Under the pieces are notes generated by a model. That model did not search any database. It had not been told where the DNA came from and saw only the letters and a list, made by a program, of their open reading frames with translations. A DNA stretch of 64,000 nt from Eledone cirrhosa (taxonomy: Eukaryota), in the NCBI GenBank assembly GCA_964016885.1, contig OZ024743.1, positions 157,976,001-158,040,000 on the forward strand, read 5' to 3'. Numbering within the stretch: the stretch's first letter is position 1; every line of letters begins with the position of its first letter. A program made the translations under genes and the position numbers. This document shows positions 40,816-53,862 of the stretch, in pieces.

Positions 40816-41281
40816 ATGATTATTCATAGATTATTCATAAAACACTCCCTAATTGGTTCAAACTAAACATAGTTTCCTAATTCAACCAATCACTGAAGAT
40901 TTTATATCATAAATGAACACAAAACACGAGTACAGATGGGATTTGACTGCTGTAGTGAAACATCAACGTCTACAGGCGCAATTTGACTCTAATTGAATTC
41001 TGATATCACAACTGCAGATGGGACTATGGTAGAAAGAGTTAATAGCACCGCCTGTATAAGTGTAAAGGAACATAATTTACACCTTAATTCTCCAAATAAA
41101 TTCATTTCTAAACTGGAGTTCCATGTTTCTTATGATAACTAGCCTTAACAATACTATTGATACTTCATTGATTATATTTTTGTTTATTACAAATATTATG
41201 AAATGCTAATTTGAAACTAGAAGTTTTAAAAGTAAAGTATATGCTTACATAGTATAGTGAACAAATAAATTGTAATGAAAT

Positions 41282-41460
41282 AATTGTTTCTACTTTTGGC
41301 ACAAGGCCAGCAATTATTCCAATGTATTACTGGTACTTTATTTTATCGACCCCTGTAAGGCAAAGTTAACCTCGGCGGGATTTGAACTCAGTCCGCAAAG
41401 GGACGTAACTGTGCTGCAAAGCATGGCGCCCGACCCTCTACCAATACTGCCAATTCACCA
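41282..41460 (-). mobile_element. SINE family 2 with TSD
   Basis: aatgaaataattgtttc repeated at both ends. Confidence 0.85.
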
Positions 41461-41722
41461 ATGAAATAATTGTTTCACCAATTAAATAATGATATACACT
41501 AAGTTTTATGTTTTTAAGTGGTGACTCTCTCCACAAATTATTTCATAAGATTCATCATCATCGTTTTTACGTCTTTTTTTCCATGCCTGCATGGACTGGA
41601 CTATCATAATCAGTTCAACATGAATAACAAAAGCTACACAAAATGAAATTTCAATAAAAAATAAATGAAAATAAAAGTGTTCGAAACTGAATAAATACAA
41701 GAAAATATTGTGTTGTTCATAC

Positions 41723-41794
41723 CTTTTGTAGTATCAGCACTTTTTATTTCTTCTATTTGTTCTTCTATCTTTGATAATTTCAATTTTTCTTCAT
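41723..41794 (-). CDS. OS9: OS-9 exon, charged coiled-coil-like, 72 bp, phase 1-1
   Basis: ttacag acceptor, NEEKLKLSKIEEQIEEIKSADTTK, gtatga donor. Open frame and phase-compatible with neighbours. Confidence 0.78.
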
Positions 41795-43129
41795 CTGTAA
41801 ATAAAAGGAAACAAAAACTAAATTCAAGGTTGCATTATCATTTTATTTATCAAAATTGTATTGCAAGAAGCAGTATTGGAATACTATGTGATGTAAATAG
41901 GTGAACTTAATGTTGTTACGGTTTTACAGACTGTTAAAAATTAGTATTTGGTATGTTGAAATAGTTCAGCAGTAAAGAACAAACTTTTATATATGAACTT
42001 CATTAAATCTTTTTTATACTAATCCACCTGAAACTACCCCTGGTTCTATAATACAAAATTGTTTGTTTTAATGTTTATATTTATCTAAAAACCTTCCATC
42101 ATAATTTCATGTAATAACCTTTATGTTTCAAACACCAGCTTAATGAGAAAGTTATATTATAAAATGTATCCAAATTCTTGGTTATTTCAACATTATTTTA
42201 AAATCATACAGTATCTTTCATTAGAAAGGTAACAGAAGGATTAACCTGTTGCAAAACCAAATATTCTCGGTAAACACAGTAAGTTTGATACAATACTAAT
42301 TACTGTTTGCTGCCAATATTACAGCCAAGATTAAAACCAGCAAATTCTTTATTTCAAATGTGCTTATAACTCATGACTATTCACCTGGAATGGACTAACT
42401 TAACAATAGACTATTCTGATATTCATGATATACTAAAAGAAAGTGTATATTAAAGAAAGTGTATATTCCACTTCATTTACAGGCAATCATGTGTTACAGC
42501 AGAGTAAAATGTAGGTAACATTATGGCTCTATTACAAATACAGATTATATCATCACTAGTACTAAACTAGGAACATTAATCTTCAACAGATGTCATATTA
42601 ATTTTCACATGATTTATCAGACCATAAGTGCACCATTTTCGTTGGAAGAACTTTACACCTCTTTATTTTATTTTATTTTTTTTAATTAGAACATGTTACT
42701 TTTTTCAATATCATATATACATCTCTCTCCCTCTCAATCATTTACTCCTACTATTTTACTATATTTACTCTCTAAAACATTTTTCTGTTTTAACCATGCT
42801 ATCTCTTTCTCCTTCACACTTTTTTCCATCCACCACTTATATCACTGCCTGTTTCCTATATTACAATGACTATTGACTAATTCTCTCTCTCTCTATCACC
42901 CTATTTATCTATCTAATTTACCACTCTTTATGAAACTTTCTTTCTCTCTTTCATTATACCCTCTGAAAACTATGACACCATCAACACAAACCTAGTGTTT
43001 TACATATTAAGATCAACAGAAATGAAGAATAAACAATTTTCTCTAAAGTTACAAATTTTCCTTATGAAGTGCAAAGTAAATTTCCCATTGAAAAAAGAAA
43101 TATCAATATGTAATATAAAAATGTCTTAC

Positions 43130-43331
43130 TTTGCTTGTGTTCTAAATATTTATCAAACTGGTCTTGAGCCAAAACTGGGTTACAGATAATTGGTACAGGT
43201 TTGTTTGGAGTTGGAGGTTTCAAATAAGGATGGTGACAAATAGTTGAAGTATACACTGTCAGCATATAAACACATGTCTCAGGCTCATCTATACGTCCAA
43301 TAAAGTCAATACTGTCCTTCTCACACATAAA
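43130..43331 (-). CDS. OS9: OS-9 exon, MRH domain end, 202 bp, phase 0-1
   Basis: FMCEKDSIDFIGRIDEPETCVYMLTVYTSTICHHPYLKPP...CNPVL. Conserved DEPxxCxY and CxHPxL. ttccag and gtaag sites. Confidence 0.95.
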
Positions 43332-45864
43332 CTGGAAGTTAAAGAAATGATTTCTCACTTAGATACAAGGTTCATAATTTTCTTTGACACTAATATACTA
43401 AAAAACTTTGTATATTATATATTATTAATATTTGACTGAGCAGACCATATGGAAATGTTACGTAACGATGATTGAAAAATCATTCAAACTCAGAACTGAA
43501 AAACTGGAAAATCTAGAGGTCATACTCCAGCTCTAAAACCAATAACATAGTCAATTAACATACTCAACGTAGCAGCCAAATTAGCCTCAACAAACTTCCA
43601 TTTTTATTTGAATTACTGTAGAGGGGTCATTTATTTCAATCCTAAATCTTAAAACAGCATGTATTGTAATAAAAATTAGGTGGGCATGGTTAGAAATACC
43701 AACTGAATATGTCATCTGATAGATTACTTCTGTGTCATAGGTTTGCTTGAACAGCAACAATAACATTAACTTAATGCCAACAAGTAGGACTTGCAAGCTA
43801 ATATAGGAGCTTTTACATGGTTGTTTAACCTGTTAGAAACAGCAGCCAAGTCTTTCTCAAATCACAGCTTACCACCTTTAAAAGGAAGGACAAATTGGAA
43901 AGTGTAGTTATAGATATACAAAAAGAAGAGATGGACACAGCAAGAACACCTTTGATTATAGGTCTACTCACTCAAACTGAAGTTGTGCTAAACAACAATA
44001 GACAACATTACATCTAAGAAACTTTCAACCCAATATCTCTGTCTGTCTCTGTGTATGTGAATGAAAGACAGAGAATTTGTGCGATTTTTCTATGTGTGTG
44101 TCAATGAGGGAGTCAGTATTTCTGTATGTGTGTGTGCATGTGTGCACGTGTGTTTATGTCTCTGTGTCTTGCCCTCTCTGTATGTATGAGCCTGTCTGTT
44201 TAAGAGAGAGTGGAGGGTACCTCAGTCTTCTACATTTGTGAAAGAGATGTTTGTGTTGCTATCTGTTTGTCTGTCTACCTGTGCCTGTTTGCAGAACTGG
44301 CCTCATAATAATGTTTCATAAAAAATGCTATCTCACCCATGTTTTTCTCACTACTAACCACTAATAATTCATATAGAATACTAATTACACTAACCCCGCA
44401 TCCAAACAGTCTAAAAACTAAAAGCACTGCCATTCCTCTTATATATACACCAAGTAAATGTATCTGCCAGTTTCCACAATTAGTATTCCAGTTGTTTGAT
44501 CAACTAGACTACCTACTCACTGAATTACAATGTAAGTAGCTGAGTATTCCACAAACACGTGTATCCTTATCAGAATTCTCATACAGAATCAGTGTGACAT
44601 AGTGTGTGGCAATGCTGCCCCTCTGAATTACAGATACTGATGGGCTTCCACATTTTCCATCTACCTAATTTCCTTCACAAAACTTGATTTTGACTGGGGC
44701 TATAGTAAAAGACATTTGACCAAGATGCCACACAGTATGATTGAACTCAGGCCCTCATAACTGTGAAGTGAACTTCTTAAATACACATGAAACACACATA
44801 CACATCATCATTTAACGTCCATTTTTCCACACTAGCATGGGTTAGACGAGTTGTCCCATTGTGAGACAAGTCAGATCAGGTGACCATGTCTTGATCATAC
44901 AGAACTGGTTCTGGCTTGATGCCCTTCCTAACAACCACATTTATAGTGTGCACTGGGTGATTTTTGCCATGACACCTACATGACTATATATGCATGGTCT
45001 GGTAACTCCTGGGTGAGTAATAGGGGTACTGTATTGACATACAGTGTTTCTATGGCATTTTTTAAAACATCATCTCCAGGTCTGAATACAGCAGATTTCT
45101 TCCAGAGAAGGATTACATGTTTTCCACTCATATGCTATGAACAGTTAATTTAATAATAAATGCAGAAGCGATTGATCAGAACAACCTATAGGAAAGTGGA
45201 CAGAAGAGCTGCTCATGATAAAATTCATCTCACACACGCTGCAACGTTGAAGGGGAGATAACTGATAAAAGCTACAATCCAGGATTTTTGAAATCTTAGA
45301 CCACTTGGTCAACCATACAAACTAGTAGAGCCTACAAGTGAGCTTCTACATTGTCACAGGAATAGCAACGAAATCTCCTACTCTGCTATCTTGAAACAGT
45401 AGTCTTATACGTCTGAGAAAAGAAAGGATTGCTCATTCTGGTTGATCTGGAGTTAAACAACAACCATTATTATAAACTTTGCCTTTCATCCTTTTTATGG
45501 GGTCGAAAAGTACCAGTAATGCACTGGATAATTTGCTCGCCTTGTGCCAAAATTATAAACAAATATTATATTCATTATACAGAAATAATTATAATTATTA
45601 TTATATTTAGAGTCAAGGATTGGCAGAATCATTAGAACATCAGATAAAATGCTTTGTGGCATTGAGTTAAGGCCCTTTGCATTCTGAGTTCTAATCCCAT
45701 CAAGGTCAATGTTAGCTTTCATCCTTCTGGGATTAATAAAAGTTAGTACCAGTAAAGTACAAGTCAATATAGTTGAGTTTCCCCTCAACACAAATTTCTT
45801 GTCTTGTCCCTATATAAGAAGTCCTTATCATAATCACTATAATTATCATCATTATCATACATAC

Positions 45865-45972
45865 TTGCACTTCAGTCCGCCGACTTTTTCCACTCAGGTC
45901 ACATCTGCTGCCATTCACATACCACTGGCTATGGTATCGATTAAATAGATGTTTATTCCGTAACTTGATTTC
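45865..45972 (-). CDS. OS9: OS-9 exon, MRH domain, 108 bp, phase 0-0
   Basis: EIKLRNKHLFNRYHSQWYVNGSRCDLSGKSRRTEVQ with ctccag and gtatgt sites. Conserved RYHSQxYxNGSxCDL, including the NGS sequon. Confidence 0.95.
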
Positions 45973-46394
45973 CTGGAGAAGTAAAATATATATAATATAA
46001 AAAATGATTAGAAGAAAAATGTGATACTTAAATTTACTACAAACGAATCACAATAAACAAACTATTCACATTGTCTATTATAGATTTCTGATGGGCCAAT
46101 CACTGATGCACTACTTTTTTATTGCAAGGGTGATAAGGGAGTGATATACAACAAATATCTTACAAGTTCTACAGTCTTCTTGGTAATGTTTATATATTTC
46201 ACTTATACATAGATGAAAGTCACAGGTGGTGGATAGCAATACGGCTATCAGATATGGTTAGTTGCGATATAAGTAGGCTCCTGCTGAACAAGTAAGCAAC
46301 CCCGGACCAACAGCAGTAAACTACTAGGGGAAATGGAACAATAGGTGACAGCTGTAGCTCCCAAGAAAACTCTCACAGCCCAGTGATGTAGCTA

Positions 46395-47082
46395 TGATGA
46401 GGTGTGTAACGGCCACCTCTAAAAAAGTCTAGTCTTCGTGGGTTTGACAAGGTACCAGATTGGTGACCGACGTGAATAAGACCACCAAAACTGCAATATG
46501 GTGAGGTAAGAAAAAAGAAGAAAATCATACATGTTTTTGTATGCCATACAGCGTGACTAAAAGAGTTAGCATAAGGAAAGACATCCTTAAAACACTGCCA
46601 ACTAGTTTCCACCTGCCAAATTCTGATGAGGTGTGTAATGGCCACCTCTAAAAAAGTCTAGTCTTCGTGGGTTTGACAAGGTACCAGATTGGTGACCGAC
46701 GTGAATAAGACCACCAAAACTGCAATATGGTGAGGTAAGAAAAAAGAAGAAAATCATACATGTTTTTGTATGCCATACAGGGTGACTAAAAGAGTTAGCA
46801 TAAGGAAAGACATCCTTAAAACACTGCCAACTAGTTTCCACCTGCCAAATTCTGATGAGGTGTGTAATGGCCACCTCTAAAAAAGTCTAGTCTTCGTGGG
46901 TTTGACAAGGTACCAGATTGGTGACCGACGTGAATAAGACCACCAAAACTGCAATATGGTGAGGTAAGAAAAAAGAAGAAAATCATACATGTTTTTGTAT
47001 GCCATACAGGGTGACTAAAAGAGTTAGCATAAGGAAAGACATCCTTAAAACACTGCCAACTAGTTTCCACCTGCCAAATTCT
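46395..47082. repeat. Three tandem copies of a 229-bp unit
   Basis: Units start at 46395, 46624 and 46853. Copies 2 and 3 are identical by eye, and copy 1 differs at two sites. Confidence 0.95.
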
Positions 47083-47481
47083 ACTCACAAGATATGACTC
47101 AACCCAAAGTTATGCAAGAAAATACTTGCACAATTTTTTAAAACCAATTTTTACAATTACTGTCAGCTTTGGGATTGTATACTGAACTTTAAGTTCAATG
47201 TCTGTCTACATGCTTGTACATATACCAAGCAAATATATCTGATGACAAACAAGAGATACAACAAAATGAGGAAATTGACAGTCTTGCACTTCAGTCCGCC
47301 GACTTTTTCACAAAATATTTTTCCATCAAAGCTTGTGTTGTTATTTAGGCCCAGATCAGACTTGATGGAATGAATACTTGGTTATCCAATGTGTTCATTT
47401 CTATGATAATATCGAGGGTGTGATTCAAGGAAGTTTTGGTTGCTCTAATAATTTGAGCAGCTGCTTTGAGGTTCGTTCACT

Positions 47482-48515
47482 CATCATCATCATCATCACC
47501 GTTTTACGTCCGTTCTTCCACGCTAGCATGGGTTAGACGGGTTGTCCTGTTGTGGGCAGTGTCTGGTCGGCTGACCATGCCTTGCTCATACAGGAACTGA
47601 TCTGGCTTGATTTCTACAGCTGGATGCCCTTCCTAACACCAACCTCATTTACAGTGAGTGCTGGGTGCTTTTTCGTGGCGCCTACACGTCCACTTTACAG
47701 TGTGGGCTGGGTGCTTTTTTGCCGTGGCACCTCCACGACCACCTTGCGGTGGGGGGGGGGGGGGGGGGGCATATTGTTTATATGCTTCAGCATGTACCCA
47801 TGGGAGGTCGGGTACCCTGTATTACTGCGTGACGCCAGAAGTCACGGTCGTGTGTCATTGACTTTGAGAGGTGTAGTTGGGTAAGGTCGGCTTTTATCAC
47901 CTCATCCCAAGTCATCTTGGGTCTCCCCACTCCGCGGTTTCCATCAACTTCTAGTGCTCTGCACCTTTTTATGCAGCTGTCATCCTTCATACGCATCACA
48001 TGTCCATACCAGCGTAACCGCCTCTCCTGCACGCAGCATTTGATTCCTCTTATGCTCAGTCTCTCTCTCAATTCATTTATGCTTTGTCGTTCACGTATAT
48101 TACTGTTACACATCCATCGGAGCATGCAGGCTTCGTTTCTCTCTAATCTACGTAAGTCTTCCACCTTCAGCGCCCAGGTCTCACTACCATGCAACATCGC
48201 TGTTCGGATACACGCATCATACAGTCTGCCTTTCATTCTGAGGGAGAAGCCTTTTGCAGCTAGCAGTGGTAGTAGTTCCCTAAACTTCTTCCATCCCGTT
48301 CTTACCCTAGTTATTGTACTTTCTGAGCACCCACCTCCGTTGCTAATTCGGTCACCTAGGTAGCAGAAGCTGTCTACTGTTTCTACAGGGCCCTCCCAGA
48401 GATTGGTGGTACTTGTTTCCTGTGGCTGTTTGCTTGCTGTTTCAGCACAGCTGCTGCATGTGAATCCTACATTCTTAATTAAGCTTCCTGAGATCCCGCT
48501 ACATCTCTTGTACAT
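47482..48515 (-). mobile_element. 5'-truncated RTE LINE (long-3'UTR type)
   Basis: ORF 47787-48563 with FCYLGD, GWKKFRELLP and RRLRWYGHV. (GAT)n tail. Confidence 0.9.
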
Positions 48516-49059
48516 CACTGGATCAACAAAATTGGTATGGTTGCTTTTTAGAAATGCACTCACTAACTTTTACAACCAATTGGATAATTTAAGTTAAAAC
48601 TGTATCCCTGAGGCAAAAATCAAAGATTTACAATTATTTAACACTTTTGTGATCATATTTAAAACAATATATTGTTATTGTGTTTTCATATAGAAATAAT
48701 CAAGAATTATGAGAAATTTAATGGAATAATTAACTTTCAACTTAATAATAGACAACAAATGTTTAACAACTGAAATCTAGTATTATCTGTCATAGGATAA
48801 TGAGATTTCAGCCCAATAGGAGGAGCTTCAAACAAGTTGCTATTTAAAGGGTTAAAAATAAGTCATACTGCAACCCAAATACAATCCACAAAATGAAATA
48901 AAATTTTTATCTAAATTTTGTATTTTTTAATTAGAAGCAATCTGTAGAGGAAAGAAGTCTCACAAGGTTCAATAACATTGTTGTGACATAGTTGGCCAAT
49001 ATCTAGTAGTGTAGTGCATTTTGAGTTCAAATCTTGTGAGGTCAAGTTTGCCTAATATC

Positions 49060-49640
49060 CATCCAGAGTTCTCTTCTCGTCTGCATTTTCACCCGCTTAT
49101 TCTGACAGTAGTTCCTGTCAGAAGTAACCATCTCCAATTGATCTGGCTGGATCTCCAAACAAAACTAGCTGAGCTCATGGATGTTATCCAACCGTCTTGC
49201 TCGGGTCTGTCCCTGGGTCTCCTGCCAGTTGGTTTTGCCTGTAAAATCTGTCCTGCGATTCTTTCCTAGGACATTCTAACCACATGCCCGTAATATTTGG
49301 AGCTACAAAGTTTATTAAGTTAACTTCAAAGAGCCTTCAGCCACTTGTATTGCCGATTATATTCTTTCGGTCATTTCCCAAGATTCATGACCATAGGTAA
49401 GGATTAGCACAAATACTGAATTGGAGATAGCAAGTTAGGCTTTTACACCTACTTTCCTTCTTCTGATTGCTGAAGCTGGCACATTACTGCACTAATCCTG
49501 CAATTCTTGCATTTAATTCAGCATCTTGCTTTCAATCCCTCATGAACACAGGCCCCAAGTTACTTGAACTTCTCCACCTGCTTCAGTGGAACTCCATTCA
49601 CATGTAGAGTACACTGTGCAGGCTTCCTTCAGAGGATGAG
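49060..49640 (-). mobile_element. Decayed fragment of a second RTE family; related pieces at ~54190-54610 and 60525-60790
   Basis: TYGHESWVMT...AVEMGFLRRV (clearest at 60.6 kb), plus shared cattctaaccacatgcc between the 49 kb and 54 kb pieces. Confidence 0.7.
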
Positions 49641-49787
49641 TGTGTGTTTCCATCCCGAGTTGATAAAATAAAATACTAATCAATAGTTATATTCAAGTCT
49701 TCTGATCTGCCAAATGTAACCATATTAGAAATCAAGTTATAATTTATAATTGTTTCAAATAGAAAGACAGATGAAGAATATACACAC

Positions 49788-49873
49788 CTCCTCCGTTTTA
49801 TTTTCCCATTTGTATTCTGATTCAAAATATCCTAAGTAGGTATAATGCTGTGGAGGCTTTTCAATAGGATTAC
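49788..49873 (-). CDS. OS9: OS-9 exon, MRH domain, 86 bp, phase 1-0
   Basis: GNPIEKPPQHYTYLGYFESEYKWENKTEE, AG/GT bounded. Matches the YLGY...W pattern of OS9. Confidence 0.92.
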
Positions 49874-50476
49874 CTTCAAGAAAGAGAAGCATTAAAATTG
49901 GTTGACAAATATCTTTTTAATAACCAAAGTAAGGAAAATAAGCAAATAAAATGGAGTTCTTCAAACAAAAAAAATATATATGCTTCATTCTCAGAGAATC
50001 AGAACTACTCAAAGTCAGAGACTATCAATTGATAAGACTTTCATAAAATAACAGCTTATCAAATGCTGAGATATGAAACAGGACCTACCATTTTAGATGC
50101 CAGTAGTGCCAATTAAGTATTGACTTAGTCTGTGACAATCCATAAAATTCATGTCAACATGGAAAATCAGATGTTCAATGATGACAATACACACATACAC
50201 ACACACAGAGTCATTCATTATTTTCAATGCACATATAATTATTTTCCTATGCACTTTCATCTTTGCTATGTCTATAAAAGTAGACATGAGCACTCTCGAA
50301 TCACTGCAGGTTGAAAACATTGATTAATTTATAGTTGAGTAACATTCTAATGATCCATTTTCTGTGAGCTGAAGGTGAATCATGAGCCAAAATCCATTGA
50401 AGGACTTCAGAACAGTATGAGAGCAGTGTTTTGCTACATTTGACTATTTACAAATGGATTCAAAAATGCTCATTAA

Positions 50477-50696
50477 CCCTTTAGCATTTACATTACTCTA
50501 TATTGACTGTAGTATTTTCATGGTAAAGGCTTAATCTTACATAATTATCTCACATCATATTGAATCTATGAGATTTTGATAGTATTTACTTTGAAAATAA
50601 TACCTTAACATCAGTATGAGCGGCTGGTTACAGCTATTTTGAACAGAAAGAGGTGAGAGAATTCTGGCCGGAAAGGCCAGTTTAAATGCTAAAGGG
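50477..50696. mobile_element. piggyBac-type MITE nested in the mariner remnant
   Basis: TTAA then ccctttagcattta ... taaatgctaaaggg then TTCA. 14-bp TIR. Confidence 0.75.
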
Positions 50697-51212
50697 TTCA
50701 AATGTCACACATCAAGAAGGAGCTTGACATTCATCCATATCCTGTCCAATGACAACACTAAAGCTTGTAGTATGGTTCAGTTGAACAGGCATGACTATTG
50801 ATGAAGTGGCAAATAATATGCAAATTAGTCATGGTTCTGCCTCTGAAATAACCCACAATAGGCTTGGTTTTAGTAGAGCTGGTGGAATGTGGGTCTACTA
50901 TCAACTTTTGGATACTCTGATAGCAAAGCATCAGAGACATGGATAAACCACTTCAAGCAGGAGAGTAAATACCAAACACTAAAGTATGGAATGGAAATAT
51001 CTGCAATCATCTGTTAGAAAAGGGTTCTAAAATAAACCAACAGCAAGGAAAGTGATGCTAATAACTTTTGGGGACTTGAAGGGCCAATACTGGAGCATTA
51101 TCAGAAGAGGTCTCAACATTAAAAAAATGTTCATTATAGGGAAATGCTGTATGACAACATAAGTTTTGCAATTAAAAGCAAATATGGAGGACTATTTTTG
51201 AAAAGCATTCTG

Positions 51213-51338
51213 TTCAACTGAGAGACTCTTTCACTTCATAGTTAATGGCAAATTGACAGCCTTTTAAGGCATTCAAAGATGCCTTAAAAGGCTGTCAATT
51301 TGCCATTAACTATGAAGTGAAAGAGTCTCTCAGTTGAA
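51213..51338. repeat. Perfect inverted repeat with 60-bp arms and a 6-nt loop
   Basis: 51213-51272 is the exact reverse complement of 51279-51338. Confidence 0.95.
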
Positions 51339-51503
51339 AACATTTTTTCTGAGGGCATAAAGAATCTTGTACAAAGACTATGTGAGAATATTATGTAATT
51401 ATACATTTAAGATCTCTATTTTAGTTGTAAACGCTATTCTGCATTCAAATGTATTGAGTTCTTTATTGTATAACTAGTCTTCTTTGTCTTTGGATTACAA
51501 TCT

Positions 51504-51554
<51 letters not shown>

Positions 51555-51606
51555 TCATCATCATCATTGTTTAACATCCATCTTCCACGGTGGCATAGGT
51601 TAGACA

Positions 51607-51677
<71 letters not shown>

Positions 51678-51680
<3 letters not shown>

Positions 51681-52360
51681 GGTGCGGACGATATTTGTTC
51701 GCAAGATTACTGTCTAGGAAAAAATAACACAGTAGTTTTATTTTTTAAGATTTATTTATCAAACTTGGGTCAGTTTGTCTTCATGACTTGTTCTTTCTAT
51801 CTCACTCGATAAACCAGCGATTGGCTTTGATGACGGCCTCGAGGCGGCCTTGTAACCGGCTACAGGCCTTCGTCTCTGTCCCCCGACTTAGGCCCCTAAA
51901 GGCACTTGTGATCCTGGCCTTCAGATCGTCTTTCGTATTGCAGCTAGATCTGTTGGTGTCTCGTTCCACTGCGCCCCACACAAAGAAGTCAAGGGGGTTG
52001 CAGTCAGGCGAGCTGGGAGGCCAGATGTCAGGTGAAGTGTGGTCGACGAAGTTCTCTGACAGCCAGGCTTGAGTCTTTCGGCTGGTATGGCAGGGCGCTG
52101 AGTCTTGCTGCCACACGTACGGCCTACCTGCAGCTACCTGGTCAATCCAGGGCTTTACTACCTCACACAGAACACGGATGTAGCCATCGGTGTTCAGCTT
52201 GAGGCCTTCAGGGAAGAAGTGAGGTGGCATGAAGTCACCTTGACTGCTGACGGCACCTAAGACCAATGTTGTCGCTGGAAACTTTGTCTGCATGACTCTG
52301 GGCACGTCTTTAGATGAGACAGCGAACCATCTGTTGTTGTGGGAGTTGATCTTCTGGTCT
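51678..52360 (-). mobile_element. Tc1/mariner DD37D (maT-type) transposon, 3' half
   Basis: WQQD-37 aa-D (WPPSSPDCNPLD). One terminus TA then CAGGGTG, next to (TA)n. Confidence 0.88.
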
Positions 52361-53156
52361 TATTTGTCCTCCCAGCATGGATTCCAAGAAGAACTCCGTG
52401 TCTCTTCCACAAATTTGGAGGTTCAAAATTATTCATAATAAATTTTGTTGAGTAAAAGATTTCTTATGAAGTGGACAACACTTTTAGGATATAATCCAAA
52501 TGTATACCAACAAATCGTGACAATCACCTAGTGCAACCCAAGAAAGCAAGAAAAAAAACAGCTAGGAAACCTAGAAACAATCATTCATTTCATACCTATT
52601 GATGATCTCATCAGTTGTGTTGGCAATTAACTTAAAGCTGTGACAATAACTGATCAAATCCTGTACTAGAAAACTTCTTAGCACTTCAGTTTTAGAACAT
52701 GTGACATAATGGTCAATGCATTAGTTGTCACAAAAGACTTAATTCCTCAGCCACTATTACCATATAAAAAAATCTATGGCCATCACTTGCAATTGAGAAT
52801 GATTTGGTAGGATGTACCATGTTTTGTAAATGGTTTTAGGGGCCTAAGCAGTCATACCCTCTTAACCCTCTCACCCTTTATCCAGTAAAACATCATCCAA
52901 GATGTGACAGCTGGAAGAAGAAAGGGTTACACCAGTACTAGGTTGATACTTTTTTTAATCAATCATGAATGGATGAAAGTAAATCATAGTAGGATTGAAA
53001 TCCAGAGCACACAGAGCTAGAACAAATATTGCAACACATTCTATCTGATGCTTTAATGACTCTGCCAAATCAATTGCCTTACTATTACTATATAACTATT
53101 ACATAAATATCTAATAATAAAAATATATAATTTTATAAAACAACAATAATAAAGAC

Positions 53157-53220
53157 CTTCTTGGTGATACTGCCGGATGTATTTGCCGAAACAGAACTCA
53201 TATGTCCACCAATCTTTTGT
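53157..53220 (-). CDS. OS9: OS-9 exon, MRH domain start, 64 bp, phase 0-1
   Basis: tttcag acceptor, TKDWWTYEFCFGKYIRQYHQE, GT donor. This is the hallmark OS9 WWTYEFC...QYH motif. Confidence 0.95.
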
Positions 53221-53477
53221 CTGAAACCAAAGAGAATTAAAATTAGTCTATTTGTAAAAGCAATGAAGGTGACAAGATAAAATCTAGACAGATGCTCATA
53301 AGTCTACTCAACAACAATAGGAGTTAATTTTCACAGAAAAAAATGATGATTGTTGTTTAGCCTCATGGCCAACCAATCATTCGGTCAGGCATAAGGAAGG
53401 ATGCGTGAGATAGATATCCCTAAGAAAATGGGTTGGTCATGTCTAGAATATCTTTGGCCAGGAGCTAACTAATAATG

Positions 53478-53694
53478 GTTTCTTATATAGGCACAAGGCC
53501 AGTGATTTTGGGGGTGGGGAAAGTCGATTAAATCGACCCCAGTGCGTGACTGGTACTTTATTTTATCGACCCTGTGAGGATGAAAGGCAAAGTTAACCTC
53601 GGCGGGATTTGAACTCACATCATAAAGGGCCGTAACTCTTTGCTTCAAAGCATGGCGTCCGACTCTCTACCGATACTGCCAATCCACCGCCCTC
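53478..53694 (-). mobile_element. SINE family 2, longer variant, with TSD
   Basis: ccaggag(c/t)taactaataat direct repeats. Confidence 0.85.
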
Positions 53695-53862
53695 CAGGAG
53701 TTAACTAATAATAAGTACAGAAACTATAAATATGAAATTGTTTAGAAAAAACTAGCTCTAACTATACAAAAACACTGAGCAGTTCTAATAATAGAATCTA
53801 TCAGGCTAATAATGTTTATCTAGAAATACTAATTCTAATATATAGTTTTCATAACAACTTAC

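Larger units (their letters stand above)
50340..51400 (+). mobile_element. Decayed mariner transposase remnant
   Basis: QISHGSASEITHNRLGF, SMEWK, PTARKVML, FKDALKGCQF. Confidence 0.65.

Noticed and set aside
46395-47082. 229-bp tandem array as a non-LTR retrozyme (CTGATGA followed by a GGTG/CACC stem)
   Set aside because: CTGATGA arises only at unit junctions, no GAAA follows the stem, and stems I and III are missing.
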